This document shows, in pieces, positions 61,448 through 64,000 of a DNA stretch of 64,000 bases. Under the pieces are notes generated by a model. The model saw only the letters and a list, made by a program, of their open reading frames with translations. It did no database searches and was not told the origin of the DNA. Source of the stretch: Candidatus Cloacimonadales bacterium (lineage in GTDB: Bacteria > Cloacimonadota > Cloacimonadia > Cloacimonadales > JAFGVF01). Both the position numbers and the translations under genes were made by a program. Location of the stretch: contig OY759729.1 in assembly GCA_963662585.1 (NCBI GenBank), positions 1,984,001 through 2,048,000 on the forward strand. Reading direction: 5' to 3'. Numbering within the stretch: position 1 is the first letter of the stretch; every line of letters begins with the position of its first letter.

Positions 61448-62119
61448 TTACGCTTTCCCCATAGTAAGTACAATAATCTTCTTAGGTTCAGCTTCTTTCA
61501 GTACTTTACAGCACTCTTCAACTGTTGAACCTGTAGTGAAGACATCATCTAACAAAATTACAGATTTATGTTTTAAGTCAATATTTTTCTTTAGTTTAAA
61601 AGCTCGCTCTATGTTTCCTACTCTTTTTTCATGTTCTAAAGTAGCTTGAGAAACTGTATAATTAACTCTTTCAATAATATTGCCATTATATTCACAGTTA
61701 AGAAGACTAGCGAGTTTTCTAGCAATTAAAGCTGCTTGATTATATCCTCTCTCTTTTTTTCTAACTGAATGTAAAGGTACTGCAGTTATAATATTTAAGT
61801 CAAGGATTAATTTTAACTTTTTTATCTGCTTATAAATTAACTCTGCAATAAAATCACTTATAGAGCTAAGATTATAGAATTTTAAGTTATGAATTAATGA
61901 GACTATTACCTCTCTATATTTAGCTATAGAGATTAAGTAGTCGTAAGATAATCCTTCAACTTTAGTAATAACCGGGATTAGATATTCAATTTTCTCTAAG
62001 CATTCCTCGCAAAGGTAATCTGTCTGTTTGGTAATCCTAATTCCACAATGAATACATACAGGCGGAAAGAGGAGATCAAGCAAAGAATTTTTCAATAGAA
62101 GCGAAAATCTGGGAACCAT
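61448..62119 (-). CDS. comF: ComF family phosphoribosyltransferase-like protein (exact start uncertain)
   Basis: LFPPVCIHC...LCEEC zinc ribbon, VPLH...RGYNQA, LLDDVFTTGST. Confidence 0.9.
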   Translation of the reverse strand: MVPRFSLLLKNSLLDLLFPPVCIHCGIRITKQTDYLCEECLEKIEYLIPVITKVEGLSYDYLISIAKYREVIVSLIHNLKFYNLSSISDFIAELIYKQIKKLKLILDLNIITAVPLHSVRKKERGYNQAALIARKLASLLNCEYNGNIIERVNYTVSQATLEHEKRVGNIERAFKLKKNIDLKHKSVILLDDVFTTGSTVEECCKVLKEAEPKKIIVLTMGKA

Positions 62120-62762
62120 CTTGAGAAAGAACTATATTTTCAGCAGCTCTTTCAGGATGAGGCATCATACCTAGTACATTCTTATTCTCATTTAGGATGC
62201 CAGCAATATTATCAAGAGCCCCGTTAGGATTGCTTTCTCTAGTAATTTGGCCTTTTTCATCACAGTATTTAAATGCTATAAGATTCTTATCTTGTAAGAG
62301 CTTAAGTCCATCATTATTAATAAAGTAGTTTCCTTCTTTATGGGCAATAGGAATATCAAGAGGCTTTCCAGGAGTCAACCCTTTGGTGAAAACTGAATCT
62401 TGATTAACAGAAGTTATAAATTGATGTTGGCAGATGAACTTTAAACTTTCATTCATCATTAGAGCTCCAGGAAGAAGTCCGATTTCTGTAAGGATCTGAA
62501 ATCCATTACAGATACCCATAACTAATCCACCCTTATGTGCAAACTTAATAACTTCAGCAATGACAGGAGAGAATTTAGCAATAGCACCACATCTTAAGTA
62601 GTCGCCGTAAGAGAATCCACCAGGGATAATTACGAGATCAGGGTTTTTCAGTTGAGTATCTTTATGCCAAACAAACTCAACTTGATGCCCTCTAATTTTA
62701 CTGATGTGAAAAGCATCATGATCACAGTTAGAACCGGGAAAAGTTATGACATTGATTCTCAT
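62076..62762 (-). CDS. purQ: FGAM synthase glutaminase subunit
   Basis: FPGSNCD, PGGFSYGDYLR, GICNGFQIL, GMMPHPER. Confidence 0.97.
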   Translation of the reverse strand: MRINVITFPGSNCDHDAFHISKIRGHQVEFVWHKDTQLKNPDLVIIPGGFSYGDYLRCGAIAKFSPVIAEVIKFAHKGGLVMGICNGFQILTEIGLLPGALMMNESLKFICQHQFITSVNQDSVFTKGLTPGKPLDIPIAHKEGNYFINNDGLKLLQDKNLIAFKYCDEKGQITRESNPNGALDNIAGILNENKNVLGMMPHPERAAENIVLSQDGSQIFASIEKFFA

Positions 62763-62764
62763 TA

Positions 62765-63022
62765 CTATTCTCCGGAAATAACTTCAAGGTTCCAAGAATA
62801 TGTCTCAGTATTAGGGTTAGCTAATATCTTTTCGCAAATTTCATGGATTTCTTTCTCAGCTGCATCTAAATCATTACTGTTCAATTTAACTTCGATAAAC
62901 TTACTAACTCTAACTTCTTCAATGTCCTTATATCCGATAGAGTGAAGAGAGTTCATCACTTGCTTGCCTTGTGGGTCAAGTACGCTTGGTTTTAGGGTAA
63001 CGAATACTTTTGCTTTAATCAT
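62765..63022 (-). CDS. purS: FGAM synthase subunit PurS
   Basis: VTLKPSVLDPQG, CEKILANP. Confidence 0.95.
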   Translation of the reverse strand: MIKAKVFVTLKPSVLDPQGKQVMNSLHSIGYKDIEEVRVSKFIEVKLNSNDLDAAEKEIHEICEKILANPNTETYSWNLEVISGE

Positions 63023-63095
63023 ATTATCCTCTTGTTTAATTTATATTTAATATCATCATAAAATTTATAGTTGAAATTTGTGTCAAGATAGTTAT

Positions 63096-64000
63096 CTACC
63101 TAACACTTCTTAATGCTTGAGCAATGTTAAGAGAATAATCACCAATATGCTCGAAGTGTCTTAATAAATCAATATATAGAAGTTCTGCCTGAATATCTGA
63201 TTTCCCAGTAGTAATTCTTTCTCGGGCATTATGTTTGTACTTTTTCCTGATATTATTGATTTCATTTTCGATATCATAAGCTTGTTTTAGGTCGTCTCTT
63301 TTCATGTGTTCTAACATTTTAGCATTGTAGAGTGACATAAACTCTTTAACTGCTTTTGCAATATCGTTAATTTCTTGGGTAGCTTCAGGATGCATTTGAA
63401 GTTTTCGGTCATATTTCTTCTTAGTAATTAACATAATTCTAAGTACCGAATCGCCGATTCCTTCCAGTTCATGCACAATTCTTATCATAGCATTAATATT
63501 TTTAGCATAAGTATCTGTTAATGCTTCTTCTGAACAGAGGGTTAGGAAGTTAGTTATTTCTCTTTGCATCTGATCAGTAAGTTTTTCTTGATTAGCTATT
63601 TTCTCTACTTCATCTCCTAACTTTTTGTGAGGGTTGAAGAAGAGATGTAAAGAAGTGTCAAACATATCTTCACAAATTCTAGCTAATTTGAATATCTCTT
63701 GTCTGGCTTGCTCAAGATTGAAAGTGGTTGGATCTACTCTACCTGATTGCAGATAGATAAGTTTGTACTCTGTATTCAAGTCATTCTTGTTAGGTTTAAC
63801 TATTTTCTCAACTGCAATGGCGAAGTATTTTACTAGCCAAATACAAATAAGGGTGTTAATAACATTGAAGGCTGTATGAAAGAGACTTAGTTTAAGTGGT
63901 AAATTAATCTGAGTATTTTCCCAAGGAGAGATCCAATCGATGAAATGAATAAAATAGACAAATACAAAAGTCATCCACAGTACACCAAAGAGGTTGAAAA
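63096..64000 (-). CDS. Na/Pi cotransporter family protein with C-terminal PhoU-like repeats; 5' end beyond the window
   Basis: Frame stays open to the window edge (FNLFGVLWMTF); FHTAFNVIN; two PhoU-like repeats ELEGIGD and HFEHIGDYSLNIA. Confidence 0.88.
   Translation of the reverse strand, partial: FNLFGVLWMTFVFVYFIHFIDWISPWENTQINLPLKLSLFHTAFNVINTLICIWLVKYFAIAVEKIVKPNKNDLNTEYKLIYLQSGRVDPTTFNLEQARQEIFKLARICEDMFDTSLHLFFNPHKKLGDEVEKIANQEKLTDQMQREITNFLTLCSEEALTDTYAKNINAMIRIVHELEGIGDSVLRIMLITKKKYDRKLQMHPEATQEINDIAKAVKEFMSLYNAKMLEHMKRDDLKQAYDIENEINNIRKKYKHNARERITTGKSDIQAELLYIDLLRHFEHIGDYSLNIAQALRSVR

Overview
AT-rich bacterial chromosome segment from an anaerobic diderm (lpxK, lgt, lnt, four-subunit 2-oxoacid:ferredoxin oxidoreductase). 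A PorU/C25-type protein, a cargo protein with an 'IFNIKGQLI'-type C-terminal sorting domain, a stand-alone spirochaete-type EF-G and a GlmL-like module suggest Candidatus Cloacimonadota or a related FCB lineage; this is an inference, not a database result. Most of the window is housekeeping or peptide-fermentation genes (priA, recJ, obgE, dprA, fusA, purB/Q/S, pepD, tldD/E, porCDAB, BioY-ECF). Accessory content: an AbiE type IV toxin-antitoxin pair; an intact IS21 (46535-49219, 5-bp target duplication); a 531-bp ISL3-like MITE with an 8-bp target duplication; several families of palindromic non-coding elements nested inside one another; and four tandem paralogous lipoproteins with predicted beta-barrel architecture. 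The best candidates for an undescribed system are the three-gene GlmL-like actin-fold ATPase module that has no B12 mutase nearby (58045-61473), the lipoprotein-barrel array (42124-45907) and the nested hairpin elements. No tRNA, rRNA or CRISPR array was seen.
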